Shown: in pieces, positions 1 through 10,391 of the stretch
Layout of the letters: the number at the start of each line of letters is the position of its first letter
How positions within the stretch are numbered: the stretch's first letter is position 1
Assembly (NCBI GenBank): GCA_017477465.1
Contig: JAFUVU010000016.1
Span: 8,035-72,034, forward strand
Origin: Bacteroidales bacterium
GTDB taxonomy: Bacteria > Bacteroidota > Bacteroidia > Bacteroidales > UBA932
Length of the DNA: 64,000 bases
Reading direction: 5' to 3'
Notes under the pieces: generated by a model
What the model was told of the DNA's origin: nothing
The model's database searches: none
Seen by the model: the letters and a program-made list of their open reading frames with translations, nothing else
Translations under genes and position numbers: made by a program

Positions 1-1787
1 TCGGCAACTACACCACCTGGTTCCGTGCACGCGATGATGCGGACGCCGCCGATGTAAGGGCAAAAGTGAAGGCGCTGCTGCACAAAAACTACGATCCAAT
101 TTGGGGTGCGGAAAAGGTGGATGCATGGAAGGTTTACCGCATGGATGAGGCCTTCTTTATCACAGGGAACAGCAACGGGCTCACCCGGCAGGGCAACGCC
201 CGGATGCTCCGGCTCCTTACCGTCGTCGTCCTGCTGCTCTTGCTGTCGGCCATCTTCAACTATGTAAACCTGAGCCTAGCGCTTACGGGCAAGCGGGCCA
301 AGGAAATGGCCACCCGGAGGCTTCTGGGGGCCGATAAAACAAGCATCCTCTGGAAGTACATCGGCGAATCCGTGGCTTTTACCGCCGTATGCTTCGGGGC
401 GGCGCTCCTGCTGGCCGATCTGCTGGTTCCCATGATGAACAGCCTGGTTTCTACCGCCGACCCGGACGAGATGATGCTGGGCATGGGCGATACCAGCGTA
501 AGGCTCTCCTTCTTGCTAACGTCCGGCTATATTGTGGCCTACCTGGCCGGAATCATGGTCCTGGGCGTCATCAACGGGCTGCTTCCGGCCGTCGTCGCCT
601 CCCGTTACCAGCCCATCGACGTGATCAAGGGCACGCTCAGACGCCGTAACAAGATGGTAATGAGCAAGGTGTTCATCGTGGTGCAGAATGTCCTGTCGGT
701 ATTCCTGATAGCCCTAGCTTTAGTGATGGAAGTGCAGATGCGTCACATGCTCACAAGGCCGATGCACGCCGCCACGGAGAATCTATACTACATCGAGTAT
801 TCCGCCAAAAACTACGATGCCATGAAACTCTTCAAGGACAAGGTGGAACAGCTTCCCTTTGTGACAAAGGCCGGCGTCGGCCGGGGAATTCCCGGAATGA
901 TCAACATGACGATGGGCGTGAAGGTGGACGAGGTGCATCGCGTGGATATGCCCGTCATCCTCTGCGATTCCACCTATTTCAAATTGCTGGGGCTGGAAGT
1001 GGAGGAAGACTTCGGCCATCCGCTGGTTCACTCGCTTTGGATGAGCCGCAGTGCGTTCAATGCCGCCGCTGTGTCGGATACGTCCACCGTCTTTCCCCGC
1101 AGGATCAACATGAACGGCGCCCAGCCGGAATTCATCGGCGGCGTGGTGACCGATTTTCCCGCCAGGCCCGCCTCTGAGGGCGAAATCAACCCAAATGGCG
1201 GCGTCATCGTTACAAGGGCCGAGGAACTGCATTATGCCAACTGCCTGCTCATCGGCACCACGGGGGAAGATAGGTCCTACGACGAAGCAATCCGGCAGGC
1301 TTACAGGGAATTCCGGATGGAAACCTCCGGTGTGGAAGAACCGGCCTGGCGGTACGGTTTTGTGCATGACATTCACCGGAAGATGCTGGCACCTGTTCAG
1401 AGGACCCTGCGTCTTGTGGAACTCTTCGCGGTTCTCGCCGTGCTCATCTCCCTTCTCGGTCTCCTTGCCATGAGCACTTACTTTGCCGATGAAAACACCA
1501 AACAGATTGCCGTGCGCAAGGTCTTTGGTGCCGATGTCAACAGCGAAACCAGGCGCGCAGTCCGCAGTTATATGATATTGGTGGGCGCAGCCTGCCTCAT
1601 CGGCATTCCGCCCGCCGTCTGGGCCTCTCGGCTCTATCTGGAGCGCTTCGCCTATAGGATAGAGGGCTATGGCTGGGTGTTCGCTCTGGCTGTGCTGATA
1701 TCACTGGCGATAGCCTTTGGCACTGTGCTCTGGCAAACCCTAAAAGCAGCCAAAACCAATCCGTCGACAGAACTTAAAAAGGAATAA
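1..1787 (+). CDS. ABC transporter permease, MacB/FtsX family (5' partial)
   Basis: Frame is open from the window start. Two FtsX-like TM blocks (NYVNLS..RAKEMATRRLLGA; KQIAVRKVFGA) and a typical NP..LK.E C-terminus. Confidence 0.9.
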   Translation, partial: GNYTTWFRARDDADAADVRAKVKALLHKNYDPIWGAEKVDAWKVYRMDEAFFITGNSNGLTRQGNARMLRLLTVVVLLLLLSAIFNYVNLSLALTGKRAKEMATRRLLGADKTSILWKYIGESVAFTAVCFGAALLLADLLVPMMNSLVSTADPDEMMLGMGDTSVRLSFLLTSGYIVAYLAGIMVLGVINGLLPAVVASRYQPIDVIKGTLRRRNKMVMSKVFIVVQNVLSVFLIALALVMEVQMRHMLTRPMHAATENLYYIEYSAKNYDAMKLFKDKVEQLPFVTKAGVGRGIPGMINMTMGVKVDEVHRVDMPVILCDSTYFKLLGLEVEEDFGHPLVHSLWMSRSAFNAAAVSDTSTVFPRRINMNGAQPEFIGGVVTDFPARPASEGEINPNGGVIVTRAEELHYANCLLIGTTGEDRSYDEAIRQAYREFRMETSGVEEPAWRYGFVHDIHRKMLAPVQRTLRLVELFAVLAVLISLLGLLAMSTYFADENTKQIAVRKVFGADVNSETRRAVRSYMILVGAACLIGIPPAVWASRLYLERFAYRIEGYGWVFALAVLISLAIAFGTVLWQTLKAAKTNPSTELKKE

Positions 1788-1809
1788 AAAACTCGCAGCG
1801 CCCCTTCGA

Positions 1810-1871
1810 CAAGCTCATGGAACGTCAAGGGGCAACTCCGGAAACGCTCCAGCAAGCTCATGGAACGTCAA
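1810..1871. repeat. Two direct copies of CAAGCTCATGGAACGTCAA (REP-like) between convergent genes
   Basis: 19-bp copies at 1810-1828 and 1853-1871. The first is embedded in CCCCTTCGACAAGCTCA...AAGGGG. Confidence 0.65.
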
Positions 1872-1877
1872 TGGGCG

Positions 1878-3101
1878 TTAGATTATTGTTGGGGTTAAGT
1901 TGCAGGCAGGGAGGTATTTCTGCAGGAGATCTAGAGTTTTTATGCGGACAAAGCAGGTTGGGGTGCCGTCGGTGCAGGCAAAGTATTCGCTGTCGGCAAC
2001 GCTGCGGTCAAGGACGACGCGCACCCCGGCAGCCTCCGGAAGGACGGCGCTGAGGATGGTGGTGGCGCCGGCGGAGACCCCGGTCAGCGCCATCAGCTTC
2101 TCGGCCGAAGCAAAAGACACGCGCGGAATACCAAGCGCCGTGCAGAATTCGCGGGTGACGAAGGGCTTATCGGCAGGCATTGCATATAGATAAAAGGACG
2201 TCTCCTGGCGGTTGCATACGAAGACGGTTTTCACGATGCGCGTGCCGAGTGCCCCGTCAATGTGAGCACAGTCTTCCATAGTGATGCCGGGATCCGTATC
2301 CACTCTCACAAACGGAATCCCCAGGCCGATAAATGCCTTATAAACAGCTTCTTGAAGCGGCGTGGAATAGACCGCCGGGGGCGTGGAGAGCAGCTCGCTT
2401 ACATAAAAATTCCTGCCGAAGAGAAGGGTTCTGAGCTCGGTGACCGTTTCGGCAAAACTGTAATCCGGAGTTGCGCCCATGGGCCTGTAGCCCCAGCCGA
2501 CTGCTATGCCATCAATGCCGCCGTTGGCCGCCGTGCGCATATCCGTTCCTGAATCGCCTACCATAACGGCATCTTCCTTATTGAGGGCCGATACGCGAAG
2601 AACCTCGCCAACTATCTCAGGATCAGGTTTTAGCGGATACCCATCCCTGTTCCCGAGGATTGCGACAAATGGAATATCGGGGAAAAATTCATGAATGAGA
2701 TGCTCCGTTCCCGCCTGAAACTTATTGGAAGCCACGGCCATTTTAACCCCGGCGGCGTGAAGGTCCTTAAGGAGTTCCTGCATTCCAGGGTACGGATGCG
2801 TACGGACGTCGATATGCCCGGTGTAATAGGCCTTGAAATCGGCAAGGGCTGCATCTGTCAATTCCTCCTCAGGGCCGACTTTGCCCTCTGCAAGAAGAGA
2901 AGCCTCAAGCGCCTGCTTTACCAGATTCCTCACTCCGTGTCCAACCATGGTGCGGTACTCCGAAATGCTGTGCAGCGCAAGCCCGCGAATCTCCAGAGCA
3001 TGATTCACGGCTGCCGACAGGTCCTCGATCGTATCTATAAGAGTGCCGTCAAGGTCCCAGATTATCAGCTTGTATTTCAATTCTTTTACTTCCTGTCCCA
3101 A
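1878..3101 (-). CDS. HAD-family phosphatase (phosphoglycolate phosphatase-like) fused to a YbaK/ProX tRNA-editing-like domain
   Basis: HAD motifs DLDGTLID, SNK, KPDP and MVGD. The C-terminal domain has KTVFVCNR, RVSFAS and GVSAGATT, as in YbaK/PrdX. Confidence 0.8.
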   Translation of the reverse strand: MGQEVKELKYKLIIWDLDGTLIDTIEDLSAAVNHALEIRGLALHSISEYRTMVGHGVRNLVKQALEASLLAEGKVGPEEELTDAALADFKAYYTGHIDVRTHPYPGMQELLKDLHAAGVKMAVASNKFQAGTEHLIHEFFPDIPFVAILGNRDGYPLKPDPEIVGEVLRVSALNKEDAVMVGDSGTDMRTAANGGIDGIAVGWGYRPMGATPDYSFAETVTELRTLLFGRNFYVSELLSTPPAVYSTPLQEAVYKAFIGLGIPFVRVDTDPGITMEDCAHIDGALGTRIVKTVFVCNRQETSFYLYAMPADKPFVTREFCTALGIPRVSFASAEKLMALTGVSAGATTILSAVLPEAAGVRVVLDRSVADSEYFACTDGTPTCFVRIKTLDLLQKYLPACNLTPTII

Positions 3102-3185
3102 TTGATTAAAGCATTTATGTTTTTGTAAAGATACGCATTTTTAAGGACAAAACCTGGACGGCTTGCGCAAATTGCAGAAAAAGAA

Positions 3186-3193
3186 TATCTTTG
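3186..3193 (+). promoter_or_regulatory. Bacteroidetes primary-sigma -7 element TATCTTTG
   Basis: Matches TAnnTTTG, 21 nt upstream of the ATG at 3215. Confidence 0.6.
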
Positions 3194-3214
3194 TAATATA
3201 AGAAATACCACTTC

Positions 3215-4669
3215 ATGACTAAAAGCATATTTCGCCTGTTTTTTTGCATCGCACTTCTCGCCGCATGCCTCTCATCCTGCTCAGGCGATGGTAAAGGCCA
3301 AATGGAAATCAAATCCGAGGAAGACCTTTCCGGCCTCACAATCTCCACGTCGGCAGGCAATTATTATGACAGCAAATACTCCCAAAGGGAAGATATCACC
3401 CTCTTCCGGGTAAACTCCGAAAGCGACGGCGCAGAAGCAGTACGCCAAGGAATTGCCGATGTCTTTGTAACAGACGAGGTGGGCCTCCCTGCCGAGATCC
3501 GCAAACAGCTTGGAATCAAACTGGCATTCATCGGACAGGAATCTTTCGATGTTGCCTTCGCCCTTCAAAAAGGCAACGACGCCCTGAGAGAAGACCTGGA
3601 CCGTTTCCTCACGGAAATAAAGGCCGACGGCACTCTGGATGCCATTATTTCGCATTGGCTGGAAGGCACCCCCGCTCCTGAATATCCCGCCCCCGCCTCT
3701 GCACCAAAGTCCGGAACCCTGCACTGCACCACCGCCATGAATATGGAACCGACCTGCTTCCTTGGCGAGGGAGATGAGTGGTTTGGCTTCGACGCAGATA
3801 TCTTGAAACGCTTTGCAGCATGGAGCGGCAGGGACTTCGAGATGCACTTTCAAGATTTAGGATCGGCCATCATAGCTTTGAATACAGGGAAGTGCGACAT
3901 CGTAAACGCCTGCCTCTATATCACCGAAGAGAGGCAGAAGTCGGTGGATTTCTCCGTTCCCTACTACGAGTGTCACCCCGGATACTTTGTTCTCGACAAA
4001 GGCAAATCGGCCCGGCTCAGCCTGGGAGAAAGGCTCAAGATGAACCTCATTACGGAAGGCCGATGGAAACTTATAGTGAACGGCCTGCTGGAAACCATCA
4101 AAATCACCCTTCTGGCCATCATTCTCGGAACGATACTCGGCACCGGCGTATGCGCAATGCTGCGAAGCCGCAGGAAGTGGATGCGCTCGGCAGCCAGGCT
4201 GTACGGAGCTTTCATACAGGGCATACCCACCCTGGTGCTACTTCTCATCATGTTCTACGTGGTCCTGGCCAAAAGCGGCCTCAGCGGAACTGTAGTGGCA
4301 ATCATTTCCTTTGCCTTATGCTTTGCATGGTCGGCCGGAAGCATATTCGACTCCGCAATTTCCTCAGTGCCTAAAGGACAGACGGAGGCCGGCCTCAGCC
4401 TCGGCTTCACTCCCCTGAAAACCTTCACAGGCATCGTCTTCCCCCAGGCTCTGAGGAAAGGGCTGCCGCTTTACGCAGGCGAATGCGTAGCGCTCCTCAA
4501 GAGCACTTCCATCGTAGGCTACATAGCCATCCAGGACCTCACGCGCGCAAGCGACCTTATCCGAAGCCGCACCTTCGACGCCCTGATTCCGCTGCTTATA
4601 GTCACCGTGCTGTATTTTGTCCTGGCCTGGCTCATCAGGCTTGTGTTGAACCTTTTCCTCAAGAAATAA
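3215..4669 (+). CDS. Polar amino-acid ABC transporter, substrate-binding and permease fusion (lipoprotein signal)
   Basis: Lipobox LSSC, SBP_bac_3 motifs ([19 protein letters not shown]) and permease EAA loop [10 protein letters not shown]. Confidence 0.9.
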   Translation: MTKSIFRLFFCIALLAACLSSCSGDGKGQMEIKSEEDLSGLTISTSAGNYYDSKYSQREDITLFRVNSESDGAEAVRQGIADVFVTDEVGLPAEIRKQLGIKLAFIGQESFDVAFALQKGNDALREDLDRFLTEIKADGTLDAIISHWLEGTPAPEYPAPASAPKSGTLHCTTAMNMEPTCFLGEGDEWFGFDADILKRFAAWSGRDFEMHFQDLGSAIIALNTGKCDIVNACLYITEERQKSVDFSVPYYECHPGYFVLDKGKSARLSLGERLKMNLITEGRWKLIVNGLLETIKITLLAIILGTILGTGVCAMLRSRRKWMRSAARLYGAFIQGIPTLVLLLIMFYVVLAKSGLSGTVVAIISFALCFAWSAGSIFDSAISSVPKGQTEAGLSLGFTPLKTFTGIVFPQALRKGLPLYAGECVALLKSTSIVGYIAIQDLTRASDLIRSRTFDALIPLLIVTVLYFVLAWLIRLVLNLFLKK

Positions 4670-4670
4670 T

Positions 4671-5744
4671 ATGATTAGCATCAAGCATTTAAGCAAAACC
4701 TTCCACAATCCTGACGGAAGCACGCTCACAGTACTGAAAGATGTGAACTGCGATATCGAAAAGGGAGAGGTCATCAGCATCATCGGCCCTTCCGGGACCG
4801 GCAAAAGCACTCTTCTTAGAGCCATCAATATGCTTGAGCCGCCCACTTCCGGCGAGATTTGGGTCGATGGCGAGAATATCATGGCCAAAGGCTATCATCT
4901 GGATAAAATGCGCAGGAAAATGGGCATGGTGTTCCAAAGCTTCAACCTGTTTGAACATCTCAGCGTGCTGGAAAACATCACATACGCCCCCGTACGCCTT
5001 CTGAAAATCTCCGAATCTCAGGCAAAAGAAGAAGCGATGGAGCTCCTCAAAAAGGTAGGCCTCAGCCAAAAGGCCGATGTCTTCCCCGACTCCCTCTCAG
5101 GCGGCCAGAAGCAGCGCGTTGCCATCGCACGTGCCCTTGCAATGCATCCCGAGGTGATTCTCTTCGATGAGCCCACATCGGCCCTTGACCCTACGATGGT
5201 GGGAGAAGTGCTCAGCGTTATGCGGCAGCTTGCCAAAGAAGGCCTGACGATGCTTATAGTAACGCACGAGATGCGATTCGCCAGGGACATTTCCACCCGC
5301 ATTTTCTTCATGAACGAAGGCATCATCTATGAGGATGGCACTCCTGAGCAGATTTTCGAGCACCCGGTACACAGCGCCACCAAGGCCTTTGTGAACCGCA
5401 TACAGAAACTGGTGTACCAGATTGACAATGAAGATTTTGACTATCTGCAGATTCACACTGGGCTCAATCAGTTCTGCCTTAAGTACAACTTGTCGGACAA
5501 AGCCCGGACGGGTTATGAAATCATACAAGAGATGCTCTTCCGGCATCTTAAAAACGTTCGCCCGCTCACCTTCCGCATAACTTATGCGGAGCTGGCCGGC
5601 GAAACCGCACTCGATTTCATGGTCGAAGGGATCACCGAATCTCCCCTGCCTCACAACGAGGCCACGCAGCAACTCCGCTCACGGGTTAAAGACATCATAG
5701 AAGAACCCACAAGTAGAGGTTTCCGCATCAAGATACTGTTATAA
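4671..5744 (+). CDS. Amino-acid ABC transporter ATP-binding protein (GlnQ-like) with C-terminal extension
   Basis: [27 protein letters not shown] and VTHEM motifs. Confidence 0.92.
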   Translation: MISIKHLSKTFHNPDGSTLTVLKDVNCDIEKGEVISIIGPSGTGKSTLLRAINMLEPPTSGEIWVDGENIMAKGYHLDKMRRKMGMVFQSFNLFEHLSVLENITYAPVRLLKISESQAKEEAMELLKKVGLSQKADVFPDSLSGGQKQRVAIARALAMHPEVILFDEPTSALDPTMVGEVLSVMRQLAKEGLTMLIVTHEMRFARDISTRIFFMNEGIIYEDGTPEQIFEHPVHSATKAFVNRIQKLVYQIDNEDFDYLQIHTGLNQFCLKYNLSDKARTGYEIIQEMLFRHLKNVRPLTFRITYAELAGETALDFMVEGITESPLPHNEATQQLRSRVKDIIEEPTSRGFRIKILL

Positions 5745-5771
5745 ATTTGCCCGGGACTGCATCGTTTGAAG

Positions 5772-6545
5772 CTACTTTTTAAGCAGCTTCACCGGGAACG
5801 TGAAATACGTGTTCTGGAAAGGTTCGTCCTTCAGGGTGAAGTGCCACCATTCCGTATCCAGCGGCTTGAAGCCGTGAGAGAGCATTGCGCGGCGCAGAAT
5901 CATCCTGTTGGCAAACTGCTCAGGCGTAATGCTGCGTCCGGCAGGGCTCTTGCTGTTGTCGCCGGTATATTCACCGCTTTCCGGATTTCCACAAAAATCC
6001 GGGTGGCTTTCCGGGCCGAACCAGTCGAAGGTGCCGCCCATGTCCACTTCCTTTTCGGTATTCATGTCGAAGAGGGTAAGATCAACTGTAGAGCCACGCG
6101 TATGGCCGCTCTTGGCCATAATGTATTCCTGGTCGAAAAGGACGCTCTTGTCAAGATCCGGATAGAAGTAGGGCTTCATCTTGGCGTCTTGCAGGTCTGC
6201 CGCCCAGCGGACGAAATGGTCCACGGCTTTTTGAGGACGATAGGCGTCGTAGATTTTCAGCCTGTAGCCTTGCGCCATAACATCTTTGCTCACCTCATTC
6301 AGCGCCTTTGCCGCCTCTTTGGTAATCAAAGCCGTGGGTTCCTCATAACCGTCTATCCTTGCCCCTACGAAATTATATGTGCTGTAATAACGTATTTCCA
6401 TTATCGCGTCCGGAACCGCATCTGTCAGAGTGACAAAGGCACTTGAATCTTCCGTTGGCGCAGTACGGCAGCTTGCCGTAAGTAAAAGGCCGCCCAGCAA
6501 TACCGAAAACAGGGTTGCAGCCCTAAATATTTCTTTCATATTCAT
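5772..6545 (-). CDS. D-alanyl-D-alanine dipeptidase (M15D, VanX/DdpX-like), lipoprotein
   Basis: DAYRP, SGHTRGSTVD (SxHxxGxxxD) and EWWH motifs; lipobox LTASC. Confidence 0.9.
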   Translation of the reverse strand: MNMKEIFRAATLFSVLLGGLLLTASCRTAPTEDSSAFVTLTDAVPDAIMEIRYYSTYNFVGARIDGYEEPTALITKEAAKALNEVSKDVMAQGYRLKIYDAYRPQKAVDHFVRWAADLQDAKMKPYFYPDLDKSVLFDQEYIMAKSGHTRGSTVDLTLFDMNTEKEVDMGGTFDWFGPESHPDFCGNPESGEYTGDNSKSPAGRSITPEQFANRMILRRAMLSHGFKPLDTEWWHFTLKDEPFQNTYFTFPVKLLKK

Positions 6546-6590
6546 AATGACAATGCTTTAGCAACAAAAATAAGCATTAATTCAGAATAA

Positions 6591-6620
6591 AAAAACAGTC
6601 CCTGTCGGGAAAACAGGGAC
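6591..6620 (-). terminator. Intrinsic terminator after ompA paralog 1
   Basis: Stem GTCCCTGT/ACAGGGAC followed by a T-tract on the minus strand. Confidence 0.75.
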
Positions 6621-6643
6621 CGCTATAAACCTAAGATTATCAG

Positions 6644-7873
6644 TTATTTAACCTCGATGGTGACAACGCGGTTCTTGGCGGCGGTGTCGAAAGGCTGTAC
6701 GGTTGCACCGTGGGCTGCGCATTCGATATTCTCCTCGCTTGCACCGGCTTTCTTCAGGAGATCGACAACAGCTTTTGCGCGCTGCTCGGACAGGGTCTGG
6801 TTGCGCTTTGCGGAACCGGTCTGTTTGTCGGCATAGCCATTGACTGCAAGTTTGGTGTCGCCGTTTACGCAGGTGGAGGTGAAGTACTCCAGATGGGCTT
6901 TTTCACGGTCGCTCACTTTAGCTGAGCCAAGGTCGAAGTAAACTGTGATAGGAGCGCCGGGGGTGAGGTCAACTGCTGTGAAGGTGCCGTTCTCGTAGAG
7001 GTAGGTCTGGCCGTTTACGAGGTTGCGGTAAGGAGCGAGCTGATTCTCAAGAGCTGCGGCTTTGTCACGCAGGGCGGCGTTCTCCTTCTCCAGGGCGGCA
7101 ATCTTTTCTTCCAGGTCCTTATACTGCTCCACAGTGAAAGGAACAGCAACGGGAACAGGAGCGATGGTGCTGTGACGGTCGAAGTTTGTCTTGCCAAGGT
7201 TGAATGCCAGGCCGATGGTGGCGCTGGGGAAGACGATGAAACGGCCGTGATCGGCAGTGTAGGCGTGTGCACGTGCCACGAGAGCCTGCAGATCCAAGGT
7301 TACATTCACGCGGGAGGTGACATTGAGTATGTTAAGGAGACCAAGGCCGGCTGCATACTCGAAGTTGTTCCCTGCATCCTTGGCGAAGATATTGCGCTTG
7401 CTGCTGATATCAAGCACGCCCATGGTTGCATAGGGGGCGAAGTTCCAGAAACGGCTCTCCTTGTATCCGCCGATGCTGTTGGAGATGTTCCAAAGGATGT
7501 CTCCGTGGAAATAATTGAAACCGAAGGGAGTACCGGCATCTACATTCTGGATCTCCAGATCTGCTTTGCTGTTGTTCCAGAGGCCGTGCCAGCCAAAACG
7601 CATACCGACAGCGGGAGTCCACCATTTACCGAAGTTAAGGTCCGTTGAAAGGCCGATGTTGCCGATCTGGAATTCCGGCTGGAAGAGGACGAGGGAATTA
7701 ATGCCGGCACCTACACCAATCCAGGTGTTGTCGAAAACTTTGTTTGTTTCGTACGCTCCGCGGACAACTTTGCCGTTTTCGTCACGGTTGTTGTCTTCCT
7801 GAGCGAAGGCATTGACGCTGAATAGGAGACTTGCTGCTGCAAGGGCTCCGAAAATCATTTTTATACCTTTCAT
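6644..7873 (-). CDS. OmpA family outer membrane protein, paralog 1
   Basis: Signal peptide, N-terminal barrel, coiled-coil linker and C-terminal OmpA domain (VYFDLGS, GYADKQTG, LSEQRA, NRVV). Confidence 0.92.
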   Translation of the reverse strand: MKGIKMIFGALAAASLLFSVNAFAQEDNNRDENGKVVRGAYETNKVFDNTWIGVGAGINSLVLFQPEFQIGNIGLSTDLNFGKWWTPAVGMRFGWHGLWNNSKADLEIQNVDAGTPFGFNYFHGDILWNISNSIGGYKESRFWNFAPYATMGVLDISSKRNIFAKDAGNNFEYAAGLGLLNILNVTSRVNVTLDLQALVARAHAYTADHGRFIVFPSATIGLAFNLGKTNFDRHSTIAPVPVAVPFTVEQYKDLEEKIAALEKENAALRDKAAALENQLAPYRNLVNGQTYLYENGTFTAVDLTPGAPITVYFDLGSAKVSDREKAHLEYFTSTCVNGDTKLAVNGYADKQTGSAKRNQTLSEQRAKAVVDLLKKAGASEENIECAAHGATVQPFDTAAKNRVVTIEVK

Positions 7874-7916
7874 AATTTATAGTTGTAATTTATTCATTGC
7901 CTAACTATCTAAACTG

Positions 7917-7924
7917 CAAATTTA
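7917..7924 (-). promoter_or_regulatory. -7 element TAAATTTG upstream of ompA paralog 1
   Basis: TAnnTTTG on the minus strand, with TTTG further upstream. Confidence 0.6.
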
Positions 7925-7968
7925 AAAAATAAATCCAACAAAGCAAAGTCCTATTGCCGGAGAAAAAG

Positions 7969-7995
7969 AAAAGCACCCCCGAAGAGGTGCTTTTT
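7969..7995. terminator. Intrinsic terminator between the ompA paralogs
   Basis: AAAAGCACC...GGTGCTTTT hairpin with A/T tracts on both sides. Confidence 0.75.
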
Positions 7996-8017
7996 AAGGA
8001 TGAATGGTAAGTTAAAC

Positions 8018-9235
8018 TTACTTAACCTCGATGGTAACAACGCGGTTCTTGGCAGCGGTGTCGAAAGGCTGTACGGTTGCACCGTGGGCAGCGGTTTCGA
8101 TGTTCTCTTCGTTGGCGCCGGCCTTCTTGAGGAGGTCAACGACGGTCTTTACGCGCTGCTCGGACAGGGTCTGGTTGCGCTTTGCGGAACCGGTCTGCTT
8201 GTCGGTGTAGCCGTTTACGGAGAGCTTGGTGTCACCGTTTACGAGGGTGTTGGTGAAGTACTCGAGGTGAGCTTTCTCACGGGCGGAGAGCTTGGAGGAG
8301 CCGCAGTCGAAGTAAACAGTCACAGGGGCGCCAGGGGTAACGTCAACAGCTGTGAAGGTGCCATTGTCGTAGAGGTAGGTCTGGCCGTTTACGAGGTTCT
8401 TGTAAGGCTCGAGCTCTTTCTCCAGGGCAGCGACTTTGTCCTTGAGTTCTGCATTCTCTTTCTCGAGGGCAGCCACCTTGTCGGCGAGGGCGTTGTACTG
8501 ATCGGTGGTGAAAGGCACAGGGATCACGACAGGGGTGATGGAGCTGTGACGGTCGAAGTTGGTCTTGCCGAGGTTGAAGGCCAGGCCGAGGGTAGCGCTG
8601 GGGAACAGCATGAAGCGGCCGCCGTCATAGTAAGCACGCTCTCTGGCCAGGAGGGCCTGAAGGTCGAGGGTGATGTTTATACGCTCGCTGGCGCGGATGA
8701 TGTTGAGGAGACCGACACCGGCAGCATATTCCCAGTTGCCCTTGAAGGAGAGGATGTCCTCGCTGACGTTGAGGGCGCCCATTGTTGCATATGGTGCGAA
8801 GTTCCAGAAACGGGTTTCCTTATAACCGCCGAAGCTGTTGGAAATGTTCCAGAGGATGTCTCCGTGGAGATAGTTGAAACCGAATTTTTCACCGGCTGCG
8901 ACTGCGGGACGGTCAACTGCGTCTTTGGACCTGTTCCAGAGGCCGTGCCAACCAAGGCGCATACCGATGGCGGGAGTCCACCATTTACCGAAGTTCAGGT
9001 CTGTTGCAAGACCGATATTGCCCCAGTTTGAAGGCTGGAGAATGGGACGCATAACGCCGTTGACGCCGGCGCCGACACCAATCCAGGTGTTGTCAAAGGC
9101 CTTATTGGTCTCATATGCACCGCGGACTACTTTACCGTTTTCGTCGCGGTTTGCATTCTCCTGAGCGGCAGCGTTCACGGAGAAGAGGAGGCTTGCAGCT
9201 GCAAGAGCTCCGAAAATCATTTTGATACCTTTCAT
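8018..9235 (-). CDS. OmpA family outer membrane protein, paralog 2
   Basis: Same architecture as 6644..7873; the first 22 aa are identical. Confidence 0.92.
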   Translation of the reverse strand: MKGIKMIFGALAAASLLFSVNAAAQENANRDENGKVVRGAYETNKAFDNTWIGVGAGVNGVMRPILQPSNWGNIGLATDLNFGKWWTPAIGMRLGWHGLWNRSKDAVDRPAVAAGEKFGFNYLHGDILWNISNSFGGYKETRFWNFAPYATMGALNVSEDILSFKGNWEYAAGVGLLNIIRASERINITLDLQALLARERAYYDGGRFMLFPSATLGLAFNLGKTNFDRHSSITPVVIPVPFTTDQYNALADKVAALEKENAELKDKVAALEKELEPYKNLVNGQTYLYDNGTFTAVDVTPGAPVTVYFDCGSSKLSAREKAHLEYFTNTLVNGDTKLSVNGYTDKQTGSAKRNQTLSEQRVKTVVDLLKKAGANEENIETAAHGATVQPFDTAAKNRVVTIEVK

Positions 9236-9293
9236 AATAAGTATAAATGTTTGTAAATATATTTCGCCAGGCTGTTTCTGCCAATTATCAGCG

Positions 9294-9301
9294 CAAATGT
9301 A
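9294..9301 (-). promoter_or_regulatory. -7 element TACATTTG upstream of ompA paralog 2
   Basis: TAnnTTTG on the minus strand in an AT-rich spacer. Confidence 0.55.
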
Positions 9302-9341
9302 AACATTTTTTTTTACAGCACAAAATTTAGCTATAAAATTT

Positions 9342-10391
9342 TTAAAAATACTTAAAACCGGCCTTGCGCAAATCCGCCTGCGTTTTGAACGGATGGGCGG
9401 GCTTCAGATACCTAGCCAGGAAGCGGTAAGTCTTGAAACGGATGTCAGTCGCCTCTTTCTCGTCGGTACGCTCGAAAAAGTGTGCACCACGCATTGCAGG
9501 GTAGATTTCGTACTCAAAATCTTTATTCTCGGCCTTCAGGGCCTGTATCATCCTGTCAACTTCCGTCCAGGAGACATCGTCGTCGTTCAGGCAGGTTGTA
9601 ATCATCAGCGGCCTTTCCAATCGGCCCGCATAGCTTACGGGAGAGCGGCGGGCATATTCCTGAGGATCTTCGTCCGGAAGAGTGCCCACATGATAAGGGA
9701 CGGAGAACTCCTTGCTGTAATCCGGGCTCTGATAGCTAAGCCTGTACGTAACGTCGCTAACCGGCACTCCCGCATAGGCGCAGGTGTACTTTTCGGGCCA
9801 TTTCAGGACGTTCATTAGGGAGATCATGCCTCCGTGGCTCCAGCCCATGACGCCGACCCGGGAAGCGTCCACAACGGAATAATTCTCCACCATGTAGTCC
9901 CTGGCCGCCACCACGTCGTCGTTTTCCAGTCCGCCGTAGTCTATGCTTTCATAGAAGGCCTTTCCATAGCCTGTAGAGCCCCTGTAATCCGGGCACACCA
10001 CGATGTATCCCTGTGCAATCAGCTCTCGCAGGACGTGGACGTAACTTGTTGCAAATGTGCCGTGGATGCTGCCGTGAGCGAACACCATGAGCGGATACTT
10101 TCGGCCCTGTTTAACCTCCTTCGGGAAAAAGATATACGAGTAGAAAACCAGACGGTTGTTGCGAAGAGTATCCTGGAAAGGAGCTTCGCTTTCACGGGGA
10201 ACGCGCAGAGGCTCGCCGGTGATGCGCACTTTGTCCACATAAGAGACATCCGACATCCTGAGCCAGAGCATGATCTCCTCGTCATTCTTGTCAAGTGACT
10301 GGTAATGGTGTTTGTTTAGCTGGCCTTTCGCCGGGGCCAGTGCCAGCAGGAAGCCAAGCAGGCCGATAATAACTTTCTTCATAACTCTCAA
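9342..10391 (-). CDS. S9 family (prolyl oligopeptidase-like) exported peptidase; start may be ATG at 10382
   Basis: DYRGSTGYG and nucleophile GWSHGG, with downstream Asp and His (DDDV, GAH). Confidence 0.85.
   Translation of the reverse strand: MRVMKKVIIGLLGFLLALAPAKGQLNKHHYQSLDKNDEEIMLWLRMSDVSYVDKVRITGEPLRVPRESEAPFQDTLRNNRLVFYSYIFFPKEVKQGRKYPLMVFAHGSIHGTFATSYVHVLRELIAQGYIVVCPDYRGSTGYGKAFYESIDYGGLENDDVVAARDYMVENYSVVDASRVGVMGWSHGGMISLMNVLKWPEKYTCAYAGVPVSDVTYRLSYQSPDYSKEFSVPYHVGTLPDEDPQEYARRSPVSYAGRLERPLMITTCLNDDDVSWTEVDRMIQALKAENKDFEYEIYPAMRGAHFFERTDEKEATDIRFKTYRFLARYLKPAHPFKTQADLRKAGFKYF

Noticed and set aside
1810-1871. Mini CRISPR array
   Set aside because: Only two 19-bp copies and no cas genes; it resembles a REP-like repeat.
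5772-6545. Vancomycin resistance gene vanX
   Set aside because: No vanH/vanA/vanRS neighbours; it is a lipoprotein M15D in a Gram-negative context.
8000-9031. Long antisense ORFs (also 11249..12442, 13830..15338, 43378..44445, 56563..57915)
   Set aside because: They are shadows of well-supported genes on the opposite strand, with no recognisable motifs; codon bias explains them.
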